Shown here piece after piece: positions 9,560 through 17,766 of a DNA stretch of 64,000 nt. Below the pieces are notes generated by a model, which was not told the origin of the DNA, did not search any database, and worked only from the letters and a program-made list of their open reading frames with translations. The position numbers and the translations under genes were made by a program. The first letter of the stretch is position 1. Each line of letters starts with the position of its first letter. This DNA comes from a virus (Duplodnaviria; Heunggongvirae; Uroviricota; Caudoviricetes), in IMG/VR virus record IMGVR_UViG_3300016667_000484, positions 64,001 to 128,000 of that record; one strand, written 5' to 3'.

Positions 9560-9567
9560 TATTTATA
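9560..9567 (-). promoter_or_regulatory. T4-type late promoter TATAAATA
   Basis: Exact consensus upstream of the 1070-aa gene. Confidence 0.8.
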
Positions 9568-9574
9568 GTTTGGG

Positions 9575-10252
9575 CTATCTTAAGTTGTTTCTAAATGAAT
9601 CAATGAAGTGATAGTTGACTTCTGCAGACTCAGCCCAAAGCGTAGATTTTCTTAGCCATGCGATAGCTGGAGTTGGTTCCATCATCGCGAGAGGAGTTTT
9701 ACTTCCACGTTGTCCGCGAATGAAGTACGCGTTATCAACACATCCAAGGATACCTCTAGTCTCGATCTCTTGGACCAAAGTTCTAGCGGTATGACCGGTC
9801 ATGGCATACGCATGAGCTCCTTCATGACCATCGATGTCAAACACTCTGGTCGGAGGGCCGGCGGTGACGTGATCATACCGAGTGTGATCTCTCAGCTTAT
9901 AACCTAAAACAACTATTCTATTATCTGGCACATCAATGTCAATAGGATGAAGCATCAAAGCGTCGTGTTCGAGGACGACCGCACACTCGTCTCGGTCTCC
10001 GATGAGTTTCCAGATCGCAGCGTGCCCAGCTGAACAGCACGTTGGATTATCGATCATGTGATCGTATCGAGTCAAGTCGTTTGGATACTTGATCCCCGTG
10101 GCGTCCCAAGACGCTCTTGGATTCATTGCGTGGTATCCTTCAAAGAACTCGAATGGTAAACCAACATCGCGACATGACTGCGCAGCACCTTCGGCGTATC
10201 CACGAGAAAGAGGAGTGTCGATCCTTAAGATGTATGCTTTAGTAGGTTTCAT
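9575..10252 (-). CDS. Glycosyltransferase family 25-like protein
   Basis: CCSAGHAAIWK...VVLEHDA and GAHAYAM patterns typical of GT25. Confidence 0.65.
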   Translation of the reverse strand: MKPTKAYILRIDTPLSRGYAEGAAQSCRDVGLPFEFFEGYHAMNPRASWDATGIKYPNDLTRYDHMIDNPTCCSAGHAAIWKLIGDRDECAVVLEHDALMLHPIDIDVPDNRIVVLGYKLRDHTRYDHVTAGPPTRVFDIDGHEGAHAYAMTGHTARTLVQEIETRGILGCVDNAYFIRGQRGSKTPLAMMEPTPAIAWLRKSTLWAESAEVNYHFIDSFRNNLR

Positions 10253-10253
10253 G

Positions 10254-10895
10254 TCAGACTCCACGTGAGTAATCAGTGCCGCCACCTGTCGATCCCCACA
10301 GGTGCTTAGCGTATACTTTGTCTGTTCCAGAGTATTTGTAGTTAGGATCGTAGTGATCTGGGATGAAGTAATGAGAAGGCCAGATCGTGATCTTCGGCTT
10401 ATATTTTGGAATCACACGAGAGAGCCAAGCGTTACCGGTTGATTCCCACGGATGTGGGCTGAGCTGAAGAGGATAGAGCGTGTGCAACTCATCGATCAGT
10501 TGTTTGACAAACACGTTTCCCGGATTGCACGCAAGAATTGGTTGAACATATCCGCTTCGTGCGACTTCCTGCTCATAACAAGTGTAGCAATAGTCGGGAG
10601 GTGAAGTGAAGAGCTCTTCAGTGTTCTCGAGGCAAAGGAAGTCTGCTTCAGGGAAGAATCCGCCACGTTCATACAACAGCTCGTAGCGAATCAGATCTGA
10701 GACTCCACTGTATAGACCCTTAGCGAAGTAGTGCTCGATCAAGTGTTGGTTGTGAAATTTGCGGGACTCAAGATCTCTCTGGGTGAAGACTGAGTACTCC
10801 CAATCAGGGTGTTTCTCTTTCCATGTATTCATCCACTTAACAGGTGCTGGTCGTGGGCCGATCCAGATCTGCGTCATAATCTTATCAATGTTCAT
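10254..10895 (-). CDS. Glycosyltransferase family 32-like (DXD sugar-binding) protein
   Basis: IMTQIWIG...WKEKHPDWEY...SDLIRYELLYERGGFFPEAD. Confidence 0.75.
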   Translation of the reverse strand: MNIDKIMTQIWIGPRPAPVKWMNTWKEKHPDWEYSVFTQRDLESRKFHNQHLIEHYFAKGLYSGVSDLIRYELLYERGGFFPEADFLCLENTEELFTSPPDYCYTCYEQEVARSGYVQPILACNPGNVFVKQLIDELHTLYPLQLSPHPWESTGNAWLSRVIPKYKPKITIWPSHYFIPDHYDPNYKYSGTDKVYAKHLWGSTGGGTDYSRGV

Positions 10896-11446
10896 TTTAC
10901 AGTATACCACACGAAGTCATCAGTTTTGTTGTATTGGTTTTCAAAGTTCTTTTCAACGGCTCCTTTCACTGAATCGAAATGAATGTCATGCCCGATGATG
11001 AACCCGCCACGCTTAACTTTGGGCGACCAGTTCACGATGTCGTCGTCGACTCCTTTGAAAGAATGATCGGCGTCGATGAAAACGAAGTCTAACGAATTAT
11101 CAGGGATCAGCTTAGCCACTTCAGTTGTATATCCCTTGTGGAATACCGCTCGAGGTGCATGCTGAGCACAGAAGTCCATGATGTCACGGTAGTAGTGTTC
11201 ATGATTCCACGAGTGGCCGTTTTCACCCGGAAGCCATTTCTCTGGTCCAGTGTTTTCCGGCTGTGGTTCGTAGAGGTCTACGCCGATAAGTGTGAGGTTT
11301 GGGCAGTTGTTTATTAGATACTTGAAGGTGTGCCCTTCCCATGTTCCAAGCTCTGCGCCAGTCTTCCAACCATAAGTATTGCACCAATTCGCGATAGACT
11401 GCCATCTCCAGATGTTTCCACCATTATGTCCGCGGTCGTAAATCAT
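10892..11446 (-). CDS. Class I SAM-dependent methyltransferase (Methyltransf_24-like)
   Basis: GAELGTWEG, DFVFIDADHS, KRGGFIIGHD motifs. Confidence 0.8.
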   Translation of the reverse strand: MIYDRGHNGGNIWRWQSIANWCNTYGWKTGAELGTWEGHTFKYLINNCPNLTLIGVDLYEPQPENTGPEKWLPGENGHSWNHEHYYRDIMDFCAQHAPRAVFHKGYTTEVAKLIPDNSLDFVFIDADHSFKGVDDDIVNWSPKVKRGGFIIGHDIHFDSVKGAVEKNFENQYNKTDDFVWYTVK

Positions 11447-11460
11447 ATAGTTCTCCCAAT

Positions 11461-11486
11461 AAAAAAGGAGAGTCGAAACTCTCCTT
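11461..11486 (-). terminator. Rho-independent terminator
   Basis: 9-bp stem, TTCG loop, followed by T6 on the minus strand. Confidence 0.8.
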
Positions 11487-11511
11487 GACTCTATTCATAT
11501 TTATGAGAATC

Positions 11512-11652
11512 TCAGTGCCAACGGATTCCACGGGCATCAAGTTCTTTCATTCTGCGCTCAAGATCTACATGATCATACGATTCAGCGAGATAGTTATGAG
11601 CGTAGGTTCTTTCATCGAATCGACCAAAGAGTTTTCTGAAAAATTTGATCAT
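11512..11652 (-). CDS. Small protein, DUF3563-like (46 aa, not in ORF track)
   Basis: MIKFFRKLFGRFDERTYAHNYLAESYDHVDLERRMKELDARGIRWH; TGATG coupling to upstream gene. Confidence 0.5.
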   Translation of the reverse strand: MIKFFRKLFGRFDERTYAHNYLAESYDHVDLERRMKELDARGIRWH

Positions 11653-11888
11653 CACTTCGATTCCAAGATGTCGTAGATGCGGCCCTGTCTGACCATGTGT
11701 TCAATGAACTCGATCGACTCGAACTTGTATTCGCTCTTCAACTTTTGTGCGATCTCAGCGTACTGCTTGTCTTCACTCTGCATAAGCATGAGTGATACCA
11801 TCTTGTCGATCGACTTGTAGATTCCTGTTCCGATTGCTGTACTCAGCGGATTGAGTACTTTTGCAGTCTCGATAACTGCGCTGTTCAT
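11652..11888 (-). CDS. Hypothetical protein
   Basis: Short ORF, coupled to downstream ORF. Confidence 0.4.
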   Translation of the reverse strand: MNSAVIETAKVLNPLSTAIGTGIYKSIDKMVSLMLMQSEDKQYAEIAQKLKSEYKFESIEFIEHMVRQGRIYDILESK

Positions 11889-11983
11889 ATCTTTTCTCCG
11901 TAAATAGCCCAATTGCTATACGGTTATATTTATCACAAAAAGTCGACAAGTAGAATAGACATTATGTCATAGCCGGTAGTCAC

Positions 11984-13282
11984 TTATGTGACTTCTTCCC
12001 AATCCATAGACGCAAGAACGGTGTCAGAGTTAGCTCCACCTGCAATGGCTAGTGTGAAAGTAAATGGCGTTGACGTGAAGCCGTTTCTTTCGAGTTGGTA
12101 TCTGAATGGTGCACCATCGAGAGAGATGACCGGTGCGCTTTGGTTAGACACCGTTGTGTAACCCGTGATCAAAGATGTTGCGTCTGACATAGCTGTGCCG
12201 CTGATGTTGTATTCAACACATGAATCATCACCAGCCGAAACCCATGTTCCACCAGTTATAGTAGATCCGACAACAAGTTTGTATGCGTAACGGCCTACGT
12301 TAGAGGTACCTAGGACGCTGATGTTTTTCGGTAGAACTACCGCGTCAAGACGAGTAGATTTTAGACGAATCGACATCACAGGGTAGTATGTTCCACCAGT
12401 GGTTAGCGTATATGGAGTAGTGATAGGATGTGCTGCTGTACGTTGTTTTCCACGTAGCTCATAGCCACCCTCTGAAATTACTGTAGCACATATGATTCGA
12501 AGTGTACTTGAGCTAGCGGTGGCTGATGTATTTTCAATCTCTGCTCTGACTGGCAAACAAGCCGTAGTCATATACGTATTCGTCAAGGCGTTTGAGTGGT
12601 GGAAGCTATGGCAATGAATGAACTGCCCATCGATCACAAAGCCCATTCTAACTGAACCAACACCAAGCCACTCGATGTCAATGAAAAGGATCTGAGCCTT
12701 CGTCAAGTCAAGCGTTTTGAGAGAAGGTCCTGTACCGTCAAGCTTATCTACGTTCCAGTCGGCTTTTGCTACACGAGTATCAACTACAGAACCGGTCGTA
12801 TAAGAGCGTCTTACGAAGTAAATTTCAGTTCCATCTTGCTCGAGGAACATACCGTTTTGTTCGCCAAAGAACCCATAGCGTTGTCTAAGCCCAGCTTTAG
12901 GCGCTGCCATCACAAATGTTTCGAGTATCTGAAGAGACTTACCTGGTTGATACGCGAACACTCTCGATGATTCTCTCTTTATGAAAGATCCACTAGAGGT
13001 ATCGACTGTGCAAACGATGCTACTTGAATTTATGTCATGCGACATCGTGGCGCCCGTCGCGCTGTTCGCGGAGCTGATGCGGCCGTTGTCTTGATAACGG
13101 TGGAACGAATCAAATAGCGTAAATGGTTGAGACATCCTTTGGCGACCAAACGCGTCAAGTGCTACACCAGTTGGATTCGCTCCACTGACGTTGTTGCCAT
13201 ATTGATCTGCCAACATCACCGTCTCAAACAGTGTCTTATTGTCGCCAGAAAAACGATGAGTGTTTTTGTTAAACTGTGCCAT
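11984..13282 (-). CDS. Putative virion structural protein (beta-rich)
   Basis: DAFGRQRMSQPFTLFD motif recalled from T4-like cyanophage structural proteins; S/T/G-rich. Confidence 0.55.
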   Translation of the reverse strand: MAQFNKNTHRFSGDNKTLFETVMLADQYGNNVSGANPTGVALDAFGRQRMSQPFTLFDSFHRYQDNGRISSANSATGATMSHDINSSSIVCTVDTSSGSFIKRESSRVFAYQPGKSLQILETFVMAAPKAGLRQRYGFFGEQNGMFLEQDGTEIYFVRRSYTTGSVVDTRVAKADWNVDKLDGTGPSLKTLDLTKAQILFIDIEWLGVGSVRMGFVIDGQFIHCHSFHHSNALTNTYMTTACLPVRAEIENTSATASSSTLRIICATVISEGGYELRGKQRTAAHPITTPYTLTTGGTYYPVMSIRLKSTRLDAVVLPKNISVLGTSNVGRYAYKLVVGSTITGGTWVSAGDDSCVEYNISGTAMSDATSLITGYTTVSNQSAPVISLDGAPFRYQLERNGFTSTPFTFTLAIAGGANSDTVLASMDWEEVT

Positions 13283-13290
13283 GATCTATC

Positions 13291-13665
13291 TCACCATGCA
13301 CGGCAAGACCAGTAACGTGCCCTGTCTTTTGGCTTAGGAACTGAAGGGTCGTCACAGCCATGACGTGCACGGAATGACTTACGACGGGCTGGGTTGTTCT
13401 TCTTGATCGTCATGTTTGGATCACCAAACTCGACTTTCTTCGCCTTGCCATCACCGTCTGGATCAACGTAAACCTTTGACTTCTTGACGTCACCAGACAT
13501 TGGTTTATTCAAGGGAACTTCGCGACCTTTGTAAGTCGCTTCATCAAGATCTTCGTCTTCCTTGATGCCTTTTTCGTTACGCGATGCCCAGACTGCTTTA
13601 CGCTGAGCGTCACTCTTGTATTCTTCTGTTTGAAGGAACTGTAGAAAACTCTTCATCGTTGCCAT
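13291..13665 (-). CDS. Putative internal head protein (DUF6321-like)
   Basis: MKSFLQFLQTEE N-terminus; FGDPNM..RRKSFRARHGC..ARYWSCRAW. Confidence 0.6.
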   Translation of the reverse strand: MATMKSFLQFLQTEEYKSDAQRKAVWASRNEKGIKEDEDLDEATYKGREVPLNKPMSGDVKKSKVYVDPDGDGKAKKVEFGDPNMTIKKNNPARRKSFRARHGCDDPSVPKPKDRARYWSCRAW

Positions 13666-14882
13666 CCTTTCATTACGTCGGCAGAGAAGTTTGCGTGGCT
13701 GAATTGCAGACGATCAATTAACTTCACTGCGTTCTTGCCCATGTGATCGATCGCGACGAATCCTTCTTGCTCAGTGACTTTATAGCCGTCAGTAGTCTTA
13801 AGGAACGTTCCGATCTGTTTTGCTTTGTCGAGCTTACGCACAACCATATGCTTAGCGTCAACAATCAGGTCATACATGGTAAAGATGTTCACAATTTCTG
13901 ATTTAGGTGTATTTGAGAAGTACTTCATCACCTCAGCGCGTTTGGCTTCCCATGCCTCTTTGCTCTTTGGTGTTGCCTTCTTGTCAATTTCTTTCTGATA
14001 GTAGTCGTGTACGTATTTGATCAAATCGTCAACGAATCTACTCGTGTCTCCGATGCGTTCACCAACTTTTACCTTTGAGTTGATGAAGGCTTTTACTCGA
14101 ATGAGAAGCTCTTCGTTATCGGACATACCATCGAGAGAAGATCTCTTCAGGCCAGAGAAGATCTTCCCGGCCTTTGACAAGATCTCAGTGATCTCTTTCG
14201 TCTCAGCTGCGTTGAAGTTTGCCGAACCCGAGACGTCTTTGTACATCGCGTCTACTGACCAGACCGATTTCGTTTTCTTGAGGCGGCTTGCGATCTCCTC
14301 TCCAAAACTCGCTGACATTGACTCAAGAGAGTCTCCTCGGTATGTAGTGTGCCAGACCACGCCAATTCTTGAGGCAAGGATTTCACGAGCGAGTTGACTG
14401 TTCTTCGGTACCGCGTAAACAATCGTGTTAGGATGAAAAGTAATATACGGTTCTCCGTCAATATCCACTTCTCGTAGATCTTCTCTCGAATATAGGAAGT
14501 CACCTTGAACCACTCCTGTAATGCCCAGCTTAGACAGCTCTTCAAGAGCAACCTTAAGCTTTGCGTTCAAATCACCTGATGTGTCTGCATCAATATCAGC
14601 TGGTGTCTTATACACCTTGGGATCTTTGTTGAAGATCCCCTTCTTTGCGACGAAGAACTTCCCGTCACGAGGATCGATGCCAGCGAACACAGCCGGCGCG
14701 CCGTCCCATTTGATGGTTACGTTCGAAGATTTAGTTGCGTTTCCCGCAAGCATGTCACGAAGAGAGCGAAGGAAGTTGATAGACTGACGAGCACCTTCGA
14801 CACCAGCATTGAGGATGTTGTCCTCGATGTGCTCCATGTGAGTGTTCTTAGCTTCAGTGAGGAACGTATTGAATCTGATCAT
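13653..14882 (-). CDS. DUF6267-like protein with ligase-type nucleotidyltransferase motifs
   Basis: MIRFNTFLTEAKNTHMEHIED start; TIKWDG, QGDF, EGFV, VKL motifs. Confidence 0.6.
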   Translation of the reverse strand: MIRFNTFLTEAKNTHMEHIEDNILNAGVEGARQSINFLRSLRDMLAGNATKSSNVTIKWDGAPAVFAGIDPRDGKFFVAKKGIFNKDPKVYKTPADIDADTSGDLNAKLKVALEELSKLGITGVVQGDFLYSREDLREVDIDGEPYITFHPNTIVYAVPKNSQLAREILASRIGVVWHTTYRGDSLESMSASFGEEIASRLKKTKSVWSVDAMYKDVSGSANFNAAETKEITEILSKAGKIFSGLKRSSLDGMSDNEELLIRVKAFINSKVKVGERIGDTSRFVDDLIKYVHDYYQKEIDKKATPKSKEAWEAKRAEVMKYFSNTPKSEIVNIFTMYDLIVDAKHMVVRKLDKAKQIGTFLKTTDGYKVTEQEGFVAIDHMGKNAVKLIDRLQFSHANFSADVMKGWQR

Positions 14883-15664
14883 AGCTGAACCTTAGGTTTT
14901 ATCGTACCGCTAGTCATGTGGTAGATGAAGATTTCGTTCTGCTTCACCTTCTTAACCGCTTCGATGTCGCCTTGCTTAGATGTCTTGCTGTTGTTGATGA
15001 AGATCACTTCGTGGTTTTTGAAGTATCCATCGTAAGCGATCTTAGCAAACTTTTCTTCAATCGCGTTGAACTCTGCTGGTGCTTTCTCCTTCATCGTCTG
15101 TAGTACAGTCGGTGCGATCTCGGTCGAGGTACCGGCCAGGCCAAGTCTTAGACGAAGCTGGTTGAGTTCTTTCTTTGTCTCGTCGATGGGAACAGTGCCA
15201 CCAAGCTTGAAGTCATAGGCTTGACGATCGCGACTCACCGACACTGCCTTTACTTCGTATCCAGTTGATCCGACGATCACGTCTAGACCTGCCGAAGATC
15301 CACCACCGAGCTTACAGTTGTTGATGAGAAAGTACAGCGTGACTTCACCTGGGCCAATGCCCTTTAGATTATAGCTATGGAGCTTCTTGAACATCGACAT
15401 GTCTTCTCTCTTGAGCAAAGATATGAGTCTGTTCAACGTTGTCAAGTTGACGCCATCAGTGGTTTTTGAGATGTCAAACTTAGGGAAGAAATGCATATTG
15501 AAGAGATACTGAATCTCTTTCTTATGTGTTGTTGAAGTAAATTCAGTCGCCGGAATATTGAACGAAGAAATTTTCAACGCATTGTTAATGAACTCCATGT
15601 TCAAGTCTGCCACGGTGATCTCCGATCCTGATGTTTCTTCTACAAAGACTCTAAAGCGTTTCAT
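14879..15664 (-). CDS. Putative PD-(D/E)xK-fold nuclease with capsid-targeting-like N-terminus
   Basis: MKRFRVFVEE start at 15664; GPGE...LDVIVGSTGYEVKA. Confidence 0.45.
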   Translation of the reverse strand: MKRFRVFVEETSGSEITVADLNMEFINNALKISSFNIPATEFTSTTHKKEIQYLFNMHFFPKFDISKTTDGVNLTTLNRLISLLKREDMSMFKKLHSYNLKGIGPGEVTLYFLINNCKLGGGSSAGLDVIVGSTGYEVKAVSVSRDRQAYDFKLGGTVPIDETKKELNQLRLRLGLAGTSTEIAPTVLQTMKEKAPAEFNAIEEKFAKIAYDGYFKNHEVIFINNSKTSKQGDIEAVKKVKQNEIFIYHMTSGTIKPKVQL

Positions 15665-15686
15665 AGGATTCCTCTTAACTTTAGAG

Positions 15687-15694
15687 TATTTATA
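15687..15694 (-). promoter_or_regulatory. T4-type late promoter TATAAATA
   Basis: Exact consensus upstream of the 15664 start. Confidence 0.8.
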
Positions 15695-15722
15695 AAACAA
15701 AGGAGGAGCCTCAGCTCCTCCT
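15694..15722 (-). terminator. Rho-independent terminator
   Basis: 9-bp stem AGGAGGAGC/GCTCCTCCT followed by a T-rich tract on the minus strand. Confidence 0.7.
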
Positions 15723-15983
15723 CATCTGTGATACTTCAATGGCCTGTTCACCGCTTGTGATGGGTACTGCGTTGGACTTATGCATAGTCGCAATCCCCAT
15801 GATGTAGTCGCCGGTGTATACATTAGCGGCTTTCTTAGCACCATTTCCTGCGATGCCATTCGTCAGTTTAGCGTTCTCGGTTATGCCTTCTCTGAGGTTG
15901 ACGTGTTCTACGCCTTGTAGCTTAGTCCTCTTCGTGATACCTATCGAAGCGAGCCACGCCTCGTGCCGGGCCTGTGCTTCCAT
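15711..15983 (-). CDS. Hypothetical early protein
   Basis: C-terminal GIATMHKSNAVP pattern; start uncertain. Confidence 0.5.
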   Translation of the reverse strand: MEAQARHEAWLASIGITKRTKLQGVEHVNLREGITENAKLTNGIAGNGAKKAANVYTGDYIMGIATMHKSNAVPITSGEQAIEVSQMRRS

Positions 15984-16287
15984 CACCTTTTTGTTTGATT
16001 TCTTCTTCAAGATCAGTTAGCCCATAGTCTGGAAAGTAGCCGAGAGCGACACCTGCAAAGAACATCCTTCCGCCATCAGGAATGTAGTTCATGTAAAGAT
16101 AGAAGTCAAGTTCTTCTTCAGGTGTGAGGATCATGTTCTTCTTTGGATACGGCATGAATCCGTCGAAGTCCCAAAGAACCGCTTGCTTGAGTGATATGTC
16201 GTAGTCATACATCATGTCAAGCAAGCGCTTGTAGTAGATGTCGGTGGCATCACGACTTCGTTGATATGATGCTTTAGTGTACTTCAT
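15922..16287 (-). CDS. Hypothetical early protein
   Basis: MKYTK start overlapping upstream ORF; 3' end overlaps next gene. Confidence 0.4.
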   Translation of the reverse strand: MKYTKASYQRSRDATDIYYKRLLDMMYDYDISLKQAVLWDFDGFMPYPKKNMILTPEEELDFYLYMNYIPDGGRMFFAGVALGYFPDYGLTDLEEEIKQKGDGSTGPARGVARFDRYHEED

Positions 16288-16438
16288 CGTACACTTTCTC
16301 GACGAACGAGTATGGCGCACCAGACAAGCGCATAGCGGTTAGAAGCATGTTGTCGGTGTCATAAACAGCTCGTGCCGCTTCAAGGATACGTGCTTCGATG
16401 ATAGCCTCTTCAATCAGTTCACGAAGAGTTTGAGCCAT
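16274..16438 (-). CDS. Small hypothetical protein (54 aa, not in ORF track)
   Basis: MAQTLRELIEEAIIEARILEAARAVYDT...; RBS AAGGA. Confidence 0.45.
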   Translation of the reverse strand: MAQTLRELIEEAIIEARILEAARAVYDTDNMLLTAMRLSGAPYSFVEKVYDEVH

Positions 16439-16448
16439 GTTACATTCC

Positions 16449-16688
16449 TTATGCTGTTACTCGAGAGTCCAATTCGCGCTTAGTTTGTGACCATGCGTAC
16501 CGCAGAAAGTTACGGTTGTGTTCCAACGCGGTGACTGGGACCCAACTGCCTTTACGCATCGCTGAAGTCACGACCTCGCTACGTTCACCTGAAGCGATAC
16601 GAGCGGAAACGTCCTGCCCTTTTGCCTCGATGTCGGCCAGACGGGCTTTGAGAGCTTCAACGGTCAGGTGTTCAAGGAAGGTACGCAT
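16449..16688 (-). CDS. Hypothetical early protein
   Basis: MRTFLEHL start immediately after promoter/RBS cassette. Confidence 0.55.
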   Translation of the reverse strand: MRTFLEHLTVEALKARLADIEAKGQDVSARIASGERSEVVTSAMRKGSWVPVTALEHNRNFLRYAWSQTKRELDSRVTA

Positions 16689-16694
16689 GATGTG

Positions 16695-16749
16695 TTTCCT
16701 CTTTGCTTCTACTAGATCTATATAGGCTAGTGTGATCGGAATGTCAACC
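16695..16749 (-). promoter_or_regulatory. Sigma70-type early promoter plus leader cassette (copy 1)
   Basis: TTGACA-17-TATATA then CTAGTAGAAGCAAAGAGGAAA. Confidence 0.75.
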
Positions 16750-16986
16750 GCTTTCTTTGGCCATACGCTCACAATCTTTGAGAACAGCGACGATGCCTTG
16801 CTGAGCAAGTTCAGTGGGGATCACCCACTTCGTATGGTAGTCACGTTCGTCTGCACTCAAGACCCACGAGTCTTCGAAGAGGCCAGTGTTCTCGAGCGAC
16901 AAGCCGCGAGCGTTGATCGAGATGGCTTCATTCGTCGACGGATCGACCATCATCAGAGAACCGGCGATCATGATGCACTGGAGCAT
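16744..16986 (-). CDS. Hypothetical early protein
   Basis: ATG right after promoter/RBS cassette copy 2. Confidence 0.55.
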   Translation of the reverse strand: MLQCIMIAGSLMMVDPSTNEAISINARGLSLENTGLFEDSWVLSADERDYHTKWVIPTELAQQGIVAVLKDCERMAKESG

Positions 16987-16990
16987 GTTC

Positions 16991-17045
16991 TTTCCTCTTT
17001 GCTTCTACTAGTACAATATAAGCAAAAATTTTCGGAATGTCAACC
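16991..17045 (-). promoter_or_regulatory. Sigma70-type early promoter plus leader cassette (copy 2)
   Basis: TTGACA-17-TATATT then identical 21-nt CTAGTAGAAGCAAAGAGGAAA. Confidence 0.75.
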
Positions 17046-17063
17046 AGCTGAGCACACTTTTCG

Positions 17064-17071
17064 TATAAATA
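17064..17071 (+). promoter_or_regulatory. T4-type late promoter TATAAATA (plus strand)
   Basis: Exact consensus upstream of the plus-strand endonuclease. Confidence 0.75.
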
Positions 17072-17101
17072 ATCGTATGGGTAGGAAACTTGGAGTCGGT
17101 C

Positions 17102-17749
17102 ATGGTGCAGCATTCACCGTATACCTATTTAATAGGTTGGTCCAAACACGATCTTTGGTACTATGGTGTGCAGTATAACTCAAAAGCTCGACCCGAGAAT
17201 CTTTGGACTACTTATTTTACCTCTTCTAAGATAGTCAAACTTACGAGAGAAAAATGCGGAGAACCCGATGTAGTTGAAGTGCGAAAAACCTTTAGCAACA
17301 AAGACGCTGCGAGGCTATGGGAACACAAAGTCTTGCGTCGAATTGGAGCAAGAAAGTCTAAACGGTGGCTGAACCAAACTGACAATCTGCATCATTATCC
17401 TAGAATCCCAAAGTCACCTTGGAATAAGGGTAGAACCCTATCTGCTGAGCAAAAAGAAAAGATTCGCGACAGTCTTAAAGGCCGGACTCTATCAGGTGAA
17501 CACCGAGCAAAGATGTCTGCTGCACATCAAAGACGCGACAAGTCTATATCAGATGAAACTAGACTGAAGATGAGTAAAGCAAAGGCCGGAAAGAATACTG
17601 CGCCTGAGACAAAGGAAAAGATGCGTCTTGCAAAACTTGGTGTAAAGAAAGATCCGGTTAAATGCCCTTACTGTGACAAATCTGTAGCACCACATCTTTT
17701 TGATCGCTGGCACAACAAAAACTGCAAATATTTTACACCGATTACATAG
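17102..17749 (+). mobile_element. Free-standing GIY-YIG homing endonuclease with NUMOD3 repeats (opposite strand)
   Basis: YTYLI...WYYG, repeated KGRTLSAEQKEKI/KGRTLSGEHRAKMS NUMOD3-like motifs; RBS GGAG. Confidence 0.8.
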
Positions 17750-17766
17750 AATCATGATAAATAGCT

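Noticed and set aside
11498-11505. CATAAATA late-promoter variant for the glycosyltransferase operon
   Set aside because: Non-consensus and immediately followed by a strong terminator before the first gene
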